Positions 40,797 to 52,841 of a stretch of DNA of 64,000 nucleotides are shown one piece after another. The first letter of the stretch is position 1; the number at the start of each line of letters is the position of its first letter. The DNA comes from an uncultured Gemmatimonadales bacterium (GTDB lineage Bacteria; Gemmatimonadota; Gemmatimonadetes; Longimicrobiales; Gaopeijiaceae). Location: positions 224,001-288,000 of the forward strand of contig CAWELD010000003.1 in the NCBI GenBank assembly GCA_963809895.1. Reading direction: 5' to 3'. Position numbers and translations under genes: made by a program. The notes beneath the pieces are model-generated. The model made no database searches. It saw only the letters and a list, made by a program, of their open reading frames with translations, and was not told the DNA's origin.

Positions 40797-41495
40797 ATGT
40801 CCCGACCCGCGATCGCAGCACCCACCCCGCCCGTCGATGGCCCCCGGGAGCGCCTGCGCGCTCTGGGCGTCCGGGCGCTCTCCCTACGTGAGCTGGTGGC
40901 CTTGGTGGTGGGGGCCGGAGGCACGGTGGGGTCGGCCGTCGACGTGGCCGAGGCGGTCCTGGCGGCCGCCGGGGGCGACGCCCGGGGCCTGGCGCGCTGT
41001 CCCGAGGCCGCCTTCCGACGCGTCCCGGGGGTGGGCACGGCCCTGGCGGCGCGGCTGGCGGCGGCGCTGGAGCTGGGACGCCGGAGTGCGGCGTCCGCCG
41101 GCGAGGAGCGCGTGCGCATCCGGGGGCCCCGCGACGTCCACGCCCGCATGGGTCCGCTGCTCAGGGACCTGGTGCAGGAGGAGTTCCACGCGCTGCTCCT
41201 CAACGCCCAGCACCGCCTCCTGCGCACCGTGCTGATCACCCGCGGCATCCTGGACGCCTCGCTGATCCACCCGCGCGAGGTCTTCCGCCCGGCGGTCACC
41301 GAGGGGGCGGCCGCGGTGATCCTGGTCCACAACCATCCGTCCGGAGATCCCAGTCCCTCGGCGGAGGACCGAGCGGTCACCCGCCAGCTCGCGCGCGCCG
41401 GCCGGGCGCTGGGTATTCCGGTGCTGGACCACGTGGTCCTGGGGGACGGCAGATTCCACGCCCTCAGCGAGGAGGGACCGCTGGACTGCCACTGA
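40797..41495 (+). CDS. radC: RadC-family JAB domain protein
   Basis: DGPRERL, HPREVF, HNHPSGDPSPSAED, LDHVV. Confidence 0.93.
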   Translation: MSRPAIAAPTPPVDGPRERLRALGVRALSLRELVALVVGAGGTVGSAVDVAEAVLAAAGGDARGLARCPEAAFRRVPGVGTALAARLAAALELGRRSAASAGEERVRIRGPRDVHARMGPLLRDLVQEEFHALLLNAQHRLLRTVLITRGILDASLIHPREVFRPAVTEGAAAVILVHNHPSGDPSPSAEDRAVTRQLARAGRALGIPVLDHVVLGDGRFHALSEEGPLDCH

Positions 41496-41636
41496 ATCCC
41501 ACCGGGTCCGGAGTGGAACCGAGAGGGGGTCAACGACCGTATCTTTTCGACAGGTGCCGGTGTATCTTCGGCATGGGGCGTCCGGGCCGTTCACGGGTCG
41601 GGACGCCCTCACAGTCTCCCCTGTCGCGATGCCCTC

Positions 41637-43844
41637 ATGGCCTGGACAGCCTCCTCCACCTCGTCGACGGCAACGATCCGTGGCCTTCCGCGGCCCTTCG
41701 CCCGGTCGTTGGAGGCGTACGCGGACCGTCTGGACGTGGAGCTCATCCGCCGGGCCTACGACCTGGCGGTGGAGGCCCACGCCGGACAGCGGCGGGCGTC
41801 GGGCGAGGAATACGTGAGCCACACGGTGGAGGTCGCCACGATCCTGGCGGGCCTCCGTCTGGACACGGCGTCCATCGTCGCGGGCCTGGTGCACGACACG
41901 GTGGAGGACACGGCCCTCACCCTGGCCGACCTCCAGGAGCGCTTCGGCGTCGAGGTGGCGGCCCTCGTGGACGGTGTCACCAAGATCGGAAAGGTCCGTT
42001 TCCGCTCGCACACCGAGCAGCAGGTGGAGAACTACCGGAAGCTCCTGCTGTCCATGGCCGAGGACGCCCGGGTCATCCTCATCAAGCTGGCCGATCGTCT
42101 GCACAACATGCGCACGCTGGAGCACCTTCCCAAGGAGAAGCGGCGGCGTATCGCCATGGAGACCCAGGAGATCTACTCGCCGCTGGCCCACCGGTTGGGG
42201 ATCTTCTCCATCAAGTGGGAGCTGGAGGACCTGACCTTCAAGTTCCTGGAGCCCGACGCCTACGAGGCGCTCTCCAAGCAGGTCCAGCAGCGGCGCCGCG
42301 AGCGCGAGCGGCAGATCGTGGAGATGAAGGTTCCGCTGGAAGAGGAGCTGGAGCGCGCCTCCATTCCCGCTGAGGTCACGGGGCGGCCCAAGCACCTGTG
42401 GTCGATCTACAAGAAGATGCAGAGGCGCGGCCTGCCCTACGAGGAGATCTACGACCTCATGGCCATGCGCATCATCACCGACTCGGTGCAGAACTGCTAC
42501 GCGGCGCTGGGGGTGATCCACTCCCGCTGGGCCCCCGTGCAGGAGCGCTTCCACGACTACATCGCGACGCCCAAGTCCAACATGTACCGCTCGCTCCACA
42601 CCACGGTGGTGGGGCCGCACGGGCGGCGCTACGAGATCCAGATCCGCACCGAAGAGATGCACCGCACCGCCGAGTACGGGATCGCGGCGCACTGGAAGTA
42701 CAAGGAGGGGGTCCGCGGGGCCAGCGACGAGGTCGACGAGGCCCTGACCTGGTTCCGGCAGGTCCTGGAGTGGCAGCAGGACACCAAGGAGCCCGAGGAG
42801 TTCATGGAATTCCTCAAGATGGACCTCTTCCAGGGCGAGATCTTCGTCTTCACGCCGAAGGGCGAGGTGAAGCAGATGCCGGTGGGGGCCACGCCCATCG
42901 ACTTCGCCTTCGCCGTGCACACCGAGGTGGGACTCCATTGTGCGGGCGCCAAGGTGAACGGCCGCATCGCCCCCCTGTCGCGGGAGCTGAGGAACGGGGA
43001 CACCGTCGAGGTGATGACCAACCCGCGCCAGTGGCCCAACCGCGACTGGCTGGCCTTCGTGAAGACCTCGCGGGCGCGGGGCCGGATCCGGCAGTGGATC
43101 CGCAAGCAGGAGTTCGATTCGGCGGTGGATCTGGGCCGGGAGTTCCTCGACCGGGAGCTGCGCAAGGCGCGCCTGGATCGTCCCGACGACGAGGTGCTGG
43201 CGGAGGCCGCCCGGGCCCTGGGCTACCCCGACTTCGACCACGTGCACGCGGCGCTGGGCCGGGGCGACGTAGGGCCCACCGCCGTCCTCAAACAGCTCCA
43301 TCCCGATCACGATCCGGCGGAGGTCGCCCAGCGCACGCCCACGGCGCTGCAGCGACTGGCGGAGAAGCTCATCCGCACGAACCGGGGCGTGCGCATCCAG
43401 GGGATGGAGAACCTCATGGTACGCTACTCCCAGTGCTGCCAGCCCGTACCCGGCGACGATGTCATCGGCTACGTGACCCGGGGCAGGGGAGTGTCCATCC
43501 ATCGCAAGGACTGTCCCAACGTGTTGAACCTGCCGGACGAGGAGCGGCGCATCGCCATCGAATGGGCAGCCGAGAAGGGCGACCGCTTCATGGTGCGCAT
43601 CTACATGCGGGGTACCGACCGCCGGGGCCTGCTGTCGGACGTGGCAAAGGCCATCACCGACACCGGCACCGACATCCAACACGCCGACATGGGCGCGGTG
43701 GACGGCGGCATGAACGGTGAGTTCGCCGTGGAGGTGCGTGACCTCGGGCACCTGCGCAAGGTGCTCAAGGCCATCTCCCGGGTGAAGGGCGTGCTCAGTG
43801 TGGAGCGGCGCGAGAGCTTCCAGGAAGCGGACCTGCGGCTGTAG
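41637..43844 (+). CDS. rel: bifunctional (p)ppGpp synthetase/hydrolase RelA/SpoT
   Basis: HDTVED hydrolase motif, RPKHLWS, TGS domain, [11 protein letters not shown] domain. Confidence 0.96.
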   Translation: MAWTASSTSSTATIRGLPRPFARSLEAYADRLDVELIRRAYDLAVEAHAGQRRASGEEYVSHTVEVATILAGLRLDTASIVAGLVHDTVEDTALTLADLQERFGVEVAALVDGVTKIGKVRFRSHTEQQVENYRKLLLSMAEDARVILIKLADRLHNMRTLEHLPKEKRRRIAMETQEIYSPLAHRLGIFSIKWELEDLTFKFLEPDAYEALSKQVQQRRRERERQIVEMKVPLEEELERASIPAEVTGRPKHLWSIYKKMQRRGLPYEEIYDLMAMRIITDSVQNCYAALGVIHSRWAPVQERFHDYIATPKSNMYRSLHTTVVGPHGRRYEIQIRTEEMHRTAEYGIAAHWKYKEGVRGASDEVDEALTWFRQVLEWQQDTKEPEEFMEFLKMDLFQGEIFVFTPKGEVKQMPVGATPIDFAFAVHTEVGLHCAGAKVNGRIAPLSRELRNGDTVEVMTNPRQWPNRDWLAFVKTSRARGRIRQWIRKQEFDSAVDLGREFLDRELRKARLDRPDDEVLAEAARALGYPDFDHVHAALGRGDVGPTAVLKQLHPDHDPAEVAQRTPTALQRLAEKLIRTNRGVRIQGMENLMVRYSQCCQPVPGDDVIGYVTRGRGVSIHRKDCPNVLNLPDEERRIAIEWAAEKGDRFMVRIYMRGTDRRGLLSDVAKAITDTGTDIQHADMGAVDGGMNGEFAVEVRDLGHLRKVLKAISRVKGVLSVERRESFQEADLRL

Positions 43845-43854
43845 GTCCGCGCGT

Positions 43855-45846
43855 ATGGCCACCTTCCACCTGGAATCCAGCTTCGAGCCCCGGGGCGACC
43901 AGCCCGGCGCCATCGCCGAGCTCACCGCGGGGCTGGAGCGGGGTGACCGCCATCAGGTGCTGCTGGGCGCCACCGGCACCGGCAAGACGTTCACCGTCGC
44001 CCACGTCATCGCCAATCACGGGCGGCCCACGTTGGTGATGAGCCACAACAAGACGTTGGCGGCCCAGCTCTACGGCGAGCTCAAGGCGCTGTTCCCGTCC
44101 AACGCCGTCGAGTACTTCATCAGCTACTACGACTACTACCAGCCCGAGGCCTACGTCCCGGCCACCGACACCTACATCGAGAAGGACGCCTCCATCAACG
44201 AGGACATCGAGCGGCTGCGCCTCAGGGCCACCTCGTCGCTGATGGAGCGGGACGACGTCATCGTGGTGGCCTCGGTCTCGTGCATCTACGGCCTGGGAAA
44301 TCCCCGGGATTACCGCGAGCTCATGCTGCACGTCGCCGCGGGCGACCACAAGCCGCGCCGGACGATCCTCGAGGGGCTGGTGGCCATCCAGTACCGGCGC
44401 AACGACTACGCCTTCGAGCGCGGCACCTTCCGGGTGCGGGGTGACACGGTAGAGGTCTTTCCCGCGTACGACGAGCAGGCGATCCGCATCGAGCTGTGGG
44501 GTGACGAGGTGGAGCGCATCACCCGCTTCGACCCCCTCACCGGGGAGCGCATCGCCTCGTTGGACCGCACGGCCATCTACCCCGCGAGCCACTACGTGAC
44601 CCGGCGACGCACCATCGAGCAGATGGTGCCGCTCATCCGCGAGGAGCTGGCCGAGCAGGTGGTCCGCTTCCAGATGGAGGGGAAGCTCCTGGAGGCCCAG
44701 CGCCTGGAGCAGCGCACCAACTTCGACATCGAGATGATGCTGGAGCTCGGCACCTGTCCCGGCATCGAGAACTACTCGCTCTACACCTCGAACCGACGGC
44801 CCGGCGAGCGTCCCGCCTGCCTCATCGACTACTTTCCCGACGACTTCCTCATGGTGGTGGACGAGAGCCACGTGTCCGTGCCGCAGATCGGGGGGATGTA
44901 CAACGGCGACCGCTCCCGCAAGCTGACGCTGGTCGAGCACGGCTTTCGGCTGCCTTCGGCGCTGGACAACCGACCTCTGAAGGCCGAAGAGTGGGAGTCG
45001 CTCCTGAACCGGGCCGTCTTCATCTCCGCCACGCCGGGCCCCTGGGAGCTGGACAAGGCCGGCGGCGTGGTGGTGGAGCAGATCATCCGTCCCACGGGAC
45101 TGGTGGACCCCCAGGTGGACGTGCGGCCGGTGAAGGGCCAGGTGGACGATCTACTGGCGGAGATCCGCATCCGCGAGGAGCGGGGGGAGCGCGTGCTGGT
45201 GACGACCCTCACCAAGCGCATGGCCGAGGACCTCTCGGAATACCTCCAGTCCGTGGGTGTGCGGGTGCGCTACATGCACTCGGACATCGACGCCATCGAG
45301 CGCATGGACATCCTGCGGGCGCTGCGCCTGGGACGCATCGACGTGCTGGTGGGCATCAACCTGCTCCGGGAGGGACTGGACCTGCCGGAGGTGTCGCTGG
45401 TGGCCATCCTGGACGCCGACAAGGAAGGGTTTCTCCGCGACGAGCGCTCGCTGATCCAGACCATCGGGCGGGCGGCCCGCAACGTGAACGGCCAGGCCAT
45501 CCTGTACGCCGACCGCATGACCCGGTCCATGAAGGCGTGCCTGGAGGAGACGAACCGGCGTCGGGAGATCCAGCTCGCGTACAACGAGGAGCACGGCATC
45601 ACGCCCGAGACCATCCGCAAGAGCGTGGAGCAGATCGAGTTCTCCACGCGCGTGGCCGATGCCCGGGGCAAGCGGGCGCGCGTGGCGGAGCCCGTCACAT
45701 CGTACGCCGACGAGGTGGATACCGAGGCCTACGTGAAGATCCTGGAGAAGGAGATGGAGGAGGCAGCCGAGGCGCTGGACTTCGAGCGGGCCGCACTCCT
45801 GCGGGATCAGATCTTCGAGCTCAAGGCCAAGGTGGGGGCGGAGTGA
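43855..45846 (+). CDS. uvrB: excinuclease ABC subunit B
   Basis: [31 protein letters not shown]. Confidence 0.98.
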   Translation: MATFHLESSFEPRGDQPGAIAELTAGLERGDRHQVLLGATGTGKTFTVAHVIANHGRPTLVMSHNKTLAAQLYGELKALFPSNAVEYFISYYDYYQPEAYVPATDTYIEKDASINEDIERLRLRATSSLMERDDVIVVASVSCIYGLGNPRDYRELMLHVAAGDHKPRRTILEGLVAIQYRRNDYAFERGTFRVRGDTVEVFPAYDEQAIRIELWGDEVERITRFDPLTGERIASLDRTAIYPASHYVTRRRTIEQMVPLIREELAEQVVRFQMEGKLLEAQRLEQRTNFDIEMMLELGTCPGIENYSLYTSNRRPGERPACLIDYFPDDFLMVVDESHVSVPQIGGMYNGDRSRKLTLVEHGFRLPSALDNRPLKAEEWESLLNRAVFISATPGPWELDKAGGVVVEQIIRPTGLVDPQVDVRPVKGQVDDLLAEIRIREERGERVLVTTLTKRMAEDLSEYLQSVGVRVRYMHSDIDAIERMDILRALRLGRIDVLVGINLLREGLDLPEVSLVAILDADKEGFLRDERSLIQTIGRAARNVNGQAILYADRMTRSMKACLEETNRRREIQLAYNEEHGITPETIRKSVEQIEFSTRVADARGKRARVAEPVTSYADEVDTEAYVKILEKEMEEAAEALDFERAALLRDQIFELKAKVGAE

Positions 45847-46340
45847 AGCCTGGTGTGGAGATGACCCTGTCGGGCCTGGACCGGGATCGGGTCGAGGCAT
45901 GGGGACGGCGGATCGGTCGCGAGATCCGGGTCCCGGTGGTGCTGGCCCTGTCGGGAGAGCTGGGTGCCGGGAAGTCGGTGCTCGCCCGGGCCGTGGCCCG
46001 GGGCGCCGGGGTGCGCGGGCCCATCCCTTCGCCCACGTACAATCTCGTCTTCCACTATCCCACGGACCGCGACGCGGCGGTGGTGCATCTGGACCTCTTT
46101 CGGCTCGAGGACCCGGAGGAGCTGTGGGAGCTGGGATGGGGGGAGCTGGGTCAGGACCGGGAGATCGTGATGGTCGAGTGGCCCGAGCGCGCGGGTCCGC
46201 ATCTGCCCGAGCCCCGCTGGGAGATCACCCTGGCGGCGGAGGACGGGGCGCCGGAGCTACGGACCATCCGCGTGCGCGCCGTCGGTGTCCCTCCGGCGCT
46301 GCCCGATCTTCCTTCTCGGCGGCCGGCAGGCGTCCCGTGA
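45843..46340 (+). CDS. tsaE: tRNA t6A biosynthesis ATPase TsaE
   Basis: [26 protein letters not shown]. Confidence 0.93.
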   Translation: MKPGVEMTLSGLDRDRVEAWGRRIGREIRVPVVLALSGELGAGKSVLARAVARGAGVRGPIPSPTYNLVFHYPTDRDAAVVHLDLFRLEDPEELWELGWGELGQDREIVMVEWPERAGPHLPEPRWEITLAAEDGAPELRTIRVRAVGVPPALPDLPSRRPAGVP

Positions 46341-47086
46341 GTCGTATCGCCGTTCCCCTGCTGGCCCTGGACACGTCGGGAGCGGTGGGCTCGGTGGCCG
46401 TGGGCGTGGAGGGGCGGGTCGTCGCTCGGCGTTTCCTGCTGGAGTCCCGGGAACACGCGGCCGGGGTGGTTCCCGCCATGTCGGCCGTGTTGCAGGATAC
46501 GGGGATGGAGCGAGGCGACATCGGCGGCATCGTGACCGGGGCCGGACCGGGCTCCTTCACCGGAGTGAGGGTGGCCGCGGCGACGGCCAAGGGGATGGCA
46601 CACGCGCTGGACGTGCCGCTCTGGGCCGTATCCAGCCTGGAAGCTGCCTTTCTCACCTCCGATGCCCTGCCCGAGGGCGAAGGTCCCTGGCCACCGCGAT
46701 CCGCACCGGTGCCGGCACGCCGTGCCGTGCTCTTCGACGCCCGGGGCCGCAGGCTGTTCATGGCCGTCTACGAGACCGCGCCGGGCTCGCTGCGGGCCGT
46801 CTCGCCTCCGGCCTTCAGCACCCTCGACGACCTGGTGGAGGTCCCACTGGAGGGTCTGGCCCTGTGCGGCGCGGGGGCGCTCCGGCACCGCGAGGAGCTC
46901 GAGGCCCGCGGAGGTCGGGTCCTGGAGCCTCCGGCGGGCTTCCCCACGGCGGACGGGTTGCTGCGGGCGGTCTGGGAGTACGGTCGCCGGCCCGTGGAGG
47001 ATCGGACGGGCTGGGAGCCCGACTACCTGCGATCCACCGGCGCAGAACGGGCCCGCCGCGCGCGGGTGTCGGATCCCGTGGGGTGA
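46337..47086 (+). CDS. tsaB: tRNA t6A biosynthesis protein TsaB
   Basis: LALDTS, GPGSFTGVRV, DAR, EPDYLR. Confidence 0.92.
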   Translation: MSRIAVPLLALDTSGAVGSVAVGVEGRVVARRFLLESREHAAGVVPAMSAVLQDTGMERGDIGGIVTGAGPGSFTGVRVAAATAKGMAHALDVPLWAVSSLEAAFLTSDALPEGEGPWPPRSAPVPARRAVLFDARGRRLFMAVYETAPGSLRAVSPPAFSTLDDLVEVPLEGLALCGAGALRHREELEARGGRVLEPPAGFPTADGLLRAVWEYGRRPVEDRTGWEPDYLRSTGAERARRARVSDPVG

Positions 47087-47517
47087 GCTGCCGGCGGATG
47101 AGGGCCGCTGACGTGGAGGCCGTGGCGCTTCTGGAAGCCGAGGCCTTTTCGACGCCCTGGCGCGCCGATACGTTCCGGACGCTCCTGGAGCGTCCCGGGG
47201 CCGAGATGCTGGTCCTGGAGGTGGACGGTGTACTGGCCGGGTACGCCGTGCTCTGGTGCATCCTCGACCAGGGAGAGCTGGCCAACATCGCGATCCAGGA
47301 GCAGCGGCGCGGACAGCGCCTCGGGGGCATCCTCCTGGACCACGTGCTCGCGGTGGCCCGCTCGCGTGGAGTCCGGTCGCTCTTCCTGGAGGTCCGGGAA
47401 TCCAACCATGCGGCCGCGGCACTCTACGACTCTCGGGGATTCATCGAGATCGGACGCCGAAAGGACTACTACGATTCGCCTCGGGAGAATGCCCGGGTTC
47501 TGGAAAAGAGACTCTGA
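47083..47517 (+). CDS. rimI: ribosomal-protein-alanine N-acetyltransferase
   Basis: FSTPW, LEVRESNHAAAALY, GRRKDYY. Confidence 0.92.
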   Translation: MSCRRMRAADVEAVALLEAEAFSTPWRADTFRTLLERPGAEMLVLEVDGVLAGYAVLWCILDQGELANIAIQEQRRGQRLGGILLDHVLAVARSRGVRSLFLEVRESNHAAAALYDSRGFIEIGRRKDYYDSPRENARVLEKRL

Positions 47518-47526
47518 GGTGCATGC

Positions 47527-48861
47527 ATGGACATAGGTGTCGTCGGGACGGGATACGTGGGCCTGGTCGCGGGGGCGTGCTTCGCCGCCACGGGCCACCG
47601 CGTGGTGTGCGTGGACATCGACGCCGACAAGGTGGACCGCCTCTCGCGGGGCGAGGTCCCCATCTACGAGCCGGGCCTGGAGCCCCTGGTGCGGCGGAAT
47701 CTGGCCGAGGGTCGGCTGCGCTTCACCGTGGATCTTCCCGAGGCGGTGCGCTCCAGCCGGGTCCTCTTCATCGCTGTGGGCACGCCGCCCGGCGAGGATG
47801 GATCCGCCGATCTCCAGCACGTTCTGGGTGTGGCACGCGAGATCGGACGGGCCATGGACGGCGAGCGCATCGTGGTGACCAAGAGCACCGTCCCCGTGGG
47901 CACGGCCCCCCGGGTACGCGATGCCATCCGTGAGGAGACCGACCACCCGGTCCATGTGTGCTCGAACCCGGAATTCCTGAAGGAGGGGGCGGCCGTCGAG
48001 GACTTCATGAAGCCGGACCGCGTGGTGCTGGGCGTCGACGATCCCGATGCCGGCGAGGTCCTGCGCATCCTCTACGAGCCCTTCCTGCGCACCGGCAACG
48101 AGCTGCTGCTCATGGACGTGGCCTCCGCGGAGATCACCAAGTACGCCGCCAACTCCATGCTCGCCACCCGCATCAGCTTCATGAACGCCATCGCCCGCCT
48201 GTGCGAGGTGGCCGGAGCCGACGTGAACGAGGTGCGGCGGGGCGTGGGGTCGGACCGACGCATCGGCTCCGCCTTTCTCTTTCCCGGCGTGGGCTACGGC
48301 GGCTCCTGCTTTCCCAAGGACGTCAAGGCCCTGATCCGCACCTCTCGCGACCTGGGGGTGCCCGCGGCGATCCTCGAGGCGGTGGAAGAGGTCAACGAGC
48401 TTCAGAAGCGCGTCCTCCTGGACCGTATCGTGGAGCGCTTCGGCGAGGACCTGACGGGATTCACCTTCGCCGTGTGGGGACTGTCCTTCAAGCCGAACAC
48501 CGACGACATGCGCGAGGCGCCGTCGCTGGTGACCATCGGAGGTCTGCTCGAGCGCGGGGCCCGTGTGGTGGCCCACGACCCCGAGGCCCTGGACGAAGCG
48601 CGCCGGATCCTCGGAGACAGGGTGGAGTTCCGGGAGCACGACTACGACGTGCTGGACGGTGCCGATGCGCTGGTGATCCACACGGAGTGGCTGCCGTACC
48701 GACGTCCCGATTTCGAGCGGGTGCGAACCCTCCTGGCCCGGCCCGTGGTGTTCGACGGTCGCAACCTGTATCCGGTGGAGGTCATGGAGCGTCACGGGTT
48801 CGAGTACCATTCCATCGGTCGACGGGTCGGCTCTCCCGCGGCCGGGACGGCGGGCTCATGA
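47527..48861 (+). CDS. ugd: UDP-glucose 6-dehydrogenase
   Basis: [36 protein letters not shown]. Confidence 0.94.
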   Translation: MDIGVVGTGYVGLVAGACFAATGHRVVCVDIDADKVDRLSRGEVPIYEPGLEPLVRRNLAEGRLRFTVDLPEAVRSSRVLFIAVGTPPGEDGSADLQHVLGVAREIGRAMDGERIVVTKSTVPVGTAPRVRDAIREETDHPVHVCSNPEFLKEGAAVEDFMKPDRVVLGVDDPDAGEVLRILYEPFLRTGNELLLMDVASAEITKYAANSMLATRISFMNAIARLCEVAGADVNEVRRGVGSDRRIGSAFLFPGVGYGGSCFPKDVKALIRTSRDLGVPAAILEAVEEVNELQKRVLLDRIVERFGEDLTGFTFAVWGLSFKPNTDDMREAPSLVTIGGLLERGARVVAHDPEALDEARRILGDRVEFREHDYDVLDGADALVIHTEWLPYRRPDFERVRTLLARPVVFDGRNLYPVEVMERHGFEYHSIGRRVGSPAAGTAGS

Positions 48862-49829
48862 GAGTGCTCATCACCGGCGTGGCCGGGTTCCTGGGATCGC
48901 ATCTCGCCGATCGCTTCCTGGACGAGGGCCACGAGGTGGTGGGCCTCGACAACTTCGTCACGGGCTCCCGGAGGAACGTCGCGCGCCTGGAACAGCGCGA
49001 GGCGTTCTCCTTCGTCGAGCACGACATCTCCAGGCCGTACCATCTGGACGGACCGCTGCAGGGCATTCTCCACTTCGCGTCGCCGGCGAGTCCGGTGGAC
49101 TATCTCGAAGTCCCCATTCAGACGCTGAAGGTCGGAAGCCTCGGCACCCACAACTGCCTCGGGATCGCGCTGGCCAAGGACGCCCGCTTCCTGCTGGCGT
49201 CGACATCGGAGGTCTACGGAGATCCCGAGGTCCATCCCCAGCCGGAGAGCTACTGGGGGCACGTCAATCCGGTGGGTGTCCGCGGTTGCTACGACGAGGC
49301 GAAGAGGTTCGCCGAGGCCGTGACCATGGCCTACCACCGACATCACGGCCTCGACACCCGTATCGTGCGCATCTTCAACACCTACGGACCGCGCATGCGG
49401 CCGGCCGACGGCCGGGTGGTCTCCAACTTCATCGTGCAGGCGCTCCGAGGTGATCCCCTCACGGTCTACGGAGACGGGAGCCAGACCCGTTCCTTCTGCT
49501 ACGTCGACGACGAAGTGGATGGGATCTACCGCCTCTTCCAGTCCTCCGAGCACGATCCGGTGAACGTGGGGAATCCCGACGAGTTCACCATTCAGGAGCT
49601 GGCCGAGATCGTGCTCGAGGAGACCGGCAGCACCTCGGAGATCGAGCGGCGACCGCTCCCCCAGGACGATCCTCAGGTCCGCCAGCCCGACATCGGCCGT
49701 GCCCGGGACCTGCTGGGTTGGGAGCCCGACGTCGCGCTGCGGGACGGGCTGCGCAGGACCATCCCTTACTTCCGTGACCTGGTCGAAGCAGAGAGCGCGC
49801 GCGCCCGAGCCCTGGGCGATCCGGAGTAG
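48858..49829 (+). CDS. UDP-glucuronic acid decarboxylase (UDP-xylose synthase family)
   Basis: [37 protein letters not shown]; overlaps ugd stop. Confidence 0.9.
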   Translation: MRVLITGVAGFLGSHLADRFLDEGHEVVGLDNFVTGSRRNVARLEQREAFSFVEHDISRPYHLDGPLQGILHFASPASPVDYLEVPIQTLKVGSLGTHNCLGIALAKDARFLLASTSEVYGDPEVHPQPESYWGHVNPVGVRGCYDEAKRFAEAVTMAYHRHHGLDTRIVRIFNTYGPRMRPADGRVVSNFIVQALRGDPLTVYGDGSQTRSFCYVDDEVDGIYRLFQSSEHDPVNVGNPDEFTIQELAEIVLEETGSTSEIERRPLPQDDPQVRQPDIGRARDLLGWEPDVALRDGLRRTIPYFRDLVEAESARARALGDPE

Positions 49830-49901
49830 TGGCGTTCGCGCGAGCGGTCGAGCCGCGCCAGGATCCTTCCGACACCGTCTCCCGTGGCATACGTTGAGAG
49901 T

Positions 49902-50645
49902 ATGAACACACCAAGACTCCAGCGTTTCAAGCGGCGCCTATCTGAGGGCGTAAACGCTTGGGATCGACAGGATTATGAGGGTGCGCTAGAGGTTTTTCGA
50001 GCCCTCGTCGACGACTTCCCGGGCTTTGCCGACGTCCACAACCGGGTGGGGCTCTGTCTGGCCATGCTCGACCGTCCCGACGAGGCGCTCGCGGCCTTCG
50101 ACGAGGCCCTGGGCTTGAATCCGTCCTACGCCGAGGCGCACCTGAACCGGGGCATCGTCCTCACCGAGACGGGCCGCCACGGCGAGGCACAGGAGGCCTT
50201 CGACGAGGCGAGCCGCCTCGATACCAGAGACGGCCTGGCCTTTCCATCGAGCGTGGGGAACCAGCTCGCGGCCACCCATGGCAGGCTGGGCGACCTCTAC
50301 CGCGTGGCGGGTCGGCCGGACCTCGCCCTGGAGCAGTATCGCAGGGCGTTGGAGATCCGGTCCCGCTACATCGACCTGAGAGCGAAGCTGGCCGAGGTCC
50401 TGATGACCATGGAGCGCATGGAGGAGGCTCGTGAGGAGCTGGACTGGGTGTTGCAGGAGAACCCCCATTTCACGGGAGCCCGTATCCGCCTGGGCGTGGT
50501 GCTGCAGCACCTGGGAGACGTGAAGAGCGCCGTCCGGGAATGGATGCGCTGCATGGAAGAGGACCCCGAAGACCTGAGGCCCCGGGCCTATCTGGCGTCG
50601 GTGGGGGCGTTGCCGGACGGCAAGGAGGACCGCGCCGCCGACTGA
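49902..50645 (+). CDS. tetratricopeptide repeat protein
   Basis: Repeated TPR motifs (ADVHNRVG, AEAHLNRG); no signal peptide. Confidence 0.8.
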   Translation: MNTPRLQRFKRRLSEGVNAWDRQDYEGALEVFRALVDDFPGFADVHNRVGLCLAMLDRPDEALAAFDEALGLNPSYAEAHLNRGIVLTETGRHGEAQEAFDEASRLDTRDGLAFPSSVGNQLAATHGRLGDLYRVAGRPDLALEQYRRALEIRSRYIDLRAKLAEVLMTMERMEEAREELDWVLQENPHFTGARIRLGVVLQHLGDVKSAVREWMRCMEEDPEDLRPRAYLASVGALPDGKEDRAAD

Positions 50646-50667
50646 GAACCGGTCGGCCGGCCGCCCG

Positions 50668-51648
50668 TCAGCGGTAGCGGCCCGGCTTCAGGAAGCGCTG
50701 TACGTAGTCGTCCACGCCCTCCTCGACGGACCGGAAGGGCTGCTGATAACCGGCGTCGCGCAGGCGATCCATGCGGGCTTCGGTAAAGTACTGGTAGCGG
50801 TCCTTCAGCTCCTCGGGCATGTCGATCCACTCCACCGCGAGCTCCCGTCCCGCGGCCGCATGCAGCGCCTCCATGAGCTCCAACCAGGTCTGGGCGCGGC
50901 CGGTACCCAGGTTGAAGAGTCCGGACACGTCGGGATGCCGACGGAGCCACAGCATCACGTCCACGCAGTCCTGCACGTAGACGAAGTCGCGCTTCTGCCC
51001 TCCGTCGGGGTAGTCCGGGTGGTGCGAGCGGAAGAGACGCACGGGCTCGCCGGCCACCACACGGGGCCAGGCCTTGGTCACGACGCTGCGCATGTCGCCT
51101 TTGTGGTGTTCGTTGGGCCCGTAGACGTTGAAGAACTTGAGCCCCACCCACTGAGGTGGTGTGGGCGCCCCGTCCCGGACCTGTCGAGCGACCCAGCGGT
51201 CGAAGATCTGCTTGCTCCATCCGTAGGCGTTGAGCGGGAGCAGGCGTGCGAGCCCATCCGGGCTCGTGTCGTCGTCGAAGCCCGCGGAGCCGTCACCGTA
51301 GGTCGCCGCCGACGACGCGTACACGAGGGGGACGTCGTGTCGGGCGCACCAGCGCCAGATCGCTTGCGGAAGTCGGATGTTGGTGGCCGCGATGAGATCG
51401 GCGTCGGTCTCCGTCGTGGCCGAGATGGCCCCCATGTGGAAGACGTAGCCCAGCTCCCCCCGCCGGCGCTCCAGGAAGTCCCACAGGTCGTCGGGATCGA
51501 CGAGCTCGTCGAGCTCCCGGCGAGCCAGGTTCCGCCACTTGTCGCCCTGGCCCAGGCGATCGCAGACGGACACGCGCTCGCCGGCGTCGTCCAGCGCCGC
51601 GACGAGGTTGGAGCCGATGAATCCGGCCCCTCCGGTAACGAGGATCAT
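50668..51648 (-). CDS. rfaD: ADP-L-glycero-D-manno-heptose 6-epimerase
   Basis: GGAGFIGSN, YASSAATYG, YGWSK, FFNVYGPNEHHKGDMRS, YQYFTEA. Confidence 0.93.
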   Translation of the reverse strand: MILVTGGAGFIGSNLVAALDDAGERVSVCDRLGQGDKWRNLARRELDELVDPDDLWDFLERRRGELGYVFHMGAISATTETDADLIAATNIRLPQAIWRWCARHDVPLVYASSAATYGDGSAGFDDDTSPDGLARLLPLNAYGWSKQIFDRWVARQVRDGAPTPPQWVGLKFFNVYGPNEHHKGDMRSVVTKAWPRVVAGEPVRLFRSHHPDYPDGGQKRDFVYVQDCVDVMLWLRRHPDVSGLFNLGTGRAQTWLELMEALHAAAGRELAVEWIDMPEELKDRYQYFTEARMDRLRDAGYQQPFRSVEEGVDDYVQRFLKPGRYR

Positions 51649-51773
51649 GACCTTTCCGGGAATTCGGGTTGCGGGATCCGAGACGCCGATACAGCTTCCG
51701 CGCCCCGGTCGGTAAGCTAGTCCGCCCGCCCTTCGAGTTCCATCCTGACACCGTCTCGAGAGTCCGGATCCAC

Positions 51774-52742
51774 ATGTCAGTGCTCGTCACCGGCGCCGCC
51801 GGTTTCATCGGCTCGCATCTCGTGGAAGCCCTCCTGCGCGAGGGAAGGGAGGTCGTGGGATTCGACAACTTCGACCCCTTCTACGAGCGAGGCATCAAGG
51901 AGTCCAACCTCGAGGCGGCGTCGGCACACGCCTCCTTCGCCCTCGTGGAGGGTGACATCCGGGACCTGGACGCGCTGGCTGCGCTTCCCGACGGGATCGA
52001 GGCGGTCATCCATCTGGCCGCCCGCGCCGGCGTCCGCCCCTCGATCCGCGAGCCCGTGCTCTACAGCGACGTCAACGTCACCGGCACCTCCGCACTGCTG
52101 GAGTTCGCGCGCGACCGGGAGATCACGCGCTTCCTGTTCGGCTCCTCGTCGTCGGTCTACGGCAACAACCCCAAGGTGCCGTTCTCCGAGGATGACCCGG
52201 TGGACCACCCCATCTCGCCGTACGCAGCCACCAAGCGGGCCGGTGAGCTACTGGCGCACGCGGCACACCACCTGGACGGGATGGGGGTCCTGTGCCTGCG
52301 TTTCTTCACCGCCTACGGGCCGCGCCAGCGGCCGGATCTGGCCATCCACGCCTTCGCCCGGCGCATGGCGGCCGGCGAGTCCCTGCCGCTCTTCGGCGAC
52401 GGGAGCTCGGCCAGGGACTACACCTACGTCGACGACGTCGTCGCGGGCGTAACGGCCGCCCTGCGGTACCTGGAGGCCACTCCCGGGGACTATCAGATCG
52501 TCAACCTGGGTGAGAGCCGGACCGTGCGCCTGCACGAGATGGTCTCGGTGCTCGCCGAGGAGTTGGGGATCGAGCCGCGCCTCGACCATCTACCTCCGCA
52601 GCCCGGCGACGTGGAGCGTACCTGGGCCGACGTGACGCGGGCGCGGCGCCTGCTCGGCTATGAGCCATCCACGGATTTTCGCGACGGCATTCGACGGTTC
52701 GTCGCCTGGTTCCGCACCACCGACGCTGGTAAACGTTTGTAG
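51774..52742 (+). CDS. NAD-dependent epimerase (UDP-glucuronate 4-epimerase-like)
   Basis: GAAGFIG, AGVRPS, SSSSVYG, YAATK, YGPRQRPDLA. Confidence 0.85.
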   Translation: MSVLVTGAAGFIGSHLVEALLREGREVVGFDNFDPFYERGIKESNLEAASAHASFALVEGDIRDLDALAALPDGIEAVIHLAARAGVRPSIREPVLYSDVNVTGTSALLEFARDREITRFLFGSSSSVYGNNPKVPFSEDDPVDHPISPYAATKRAGELLAHAAHHLDGMGVLCLRFFTAYGPRQRPDLAIHAFARRMAAGESLPLFGDGSSARDYTYVDDVVAGVTAALRYLEATPGDYQIVNLGESRTVRLHEMVSVLAEELGIEPRLDHLPPQPGDVERTWADVTRARRLLGYEPSTDFRDGIRRFVAWFRTTDAGKRL

Positions 52743-52841
52743 TTTTTCTGAAGAAATCCGTTGACCGCCAGGCCTCCCTTCGGATACCTTGGAGAATGCA
52801 TCCGGCCGCGCCGGAGGTTCTCATTCGTCCAGGAACGGCCC

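Noticed and set aside
40797..41495. radC as island cargo (RadC/JAB genes are common on mobile elements)
   Set aside because: It lies outside the right att repeat, has host-like GC-rich codons and is the full-length chromosomal type
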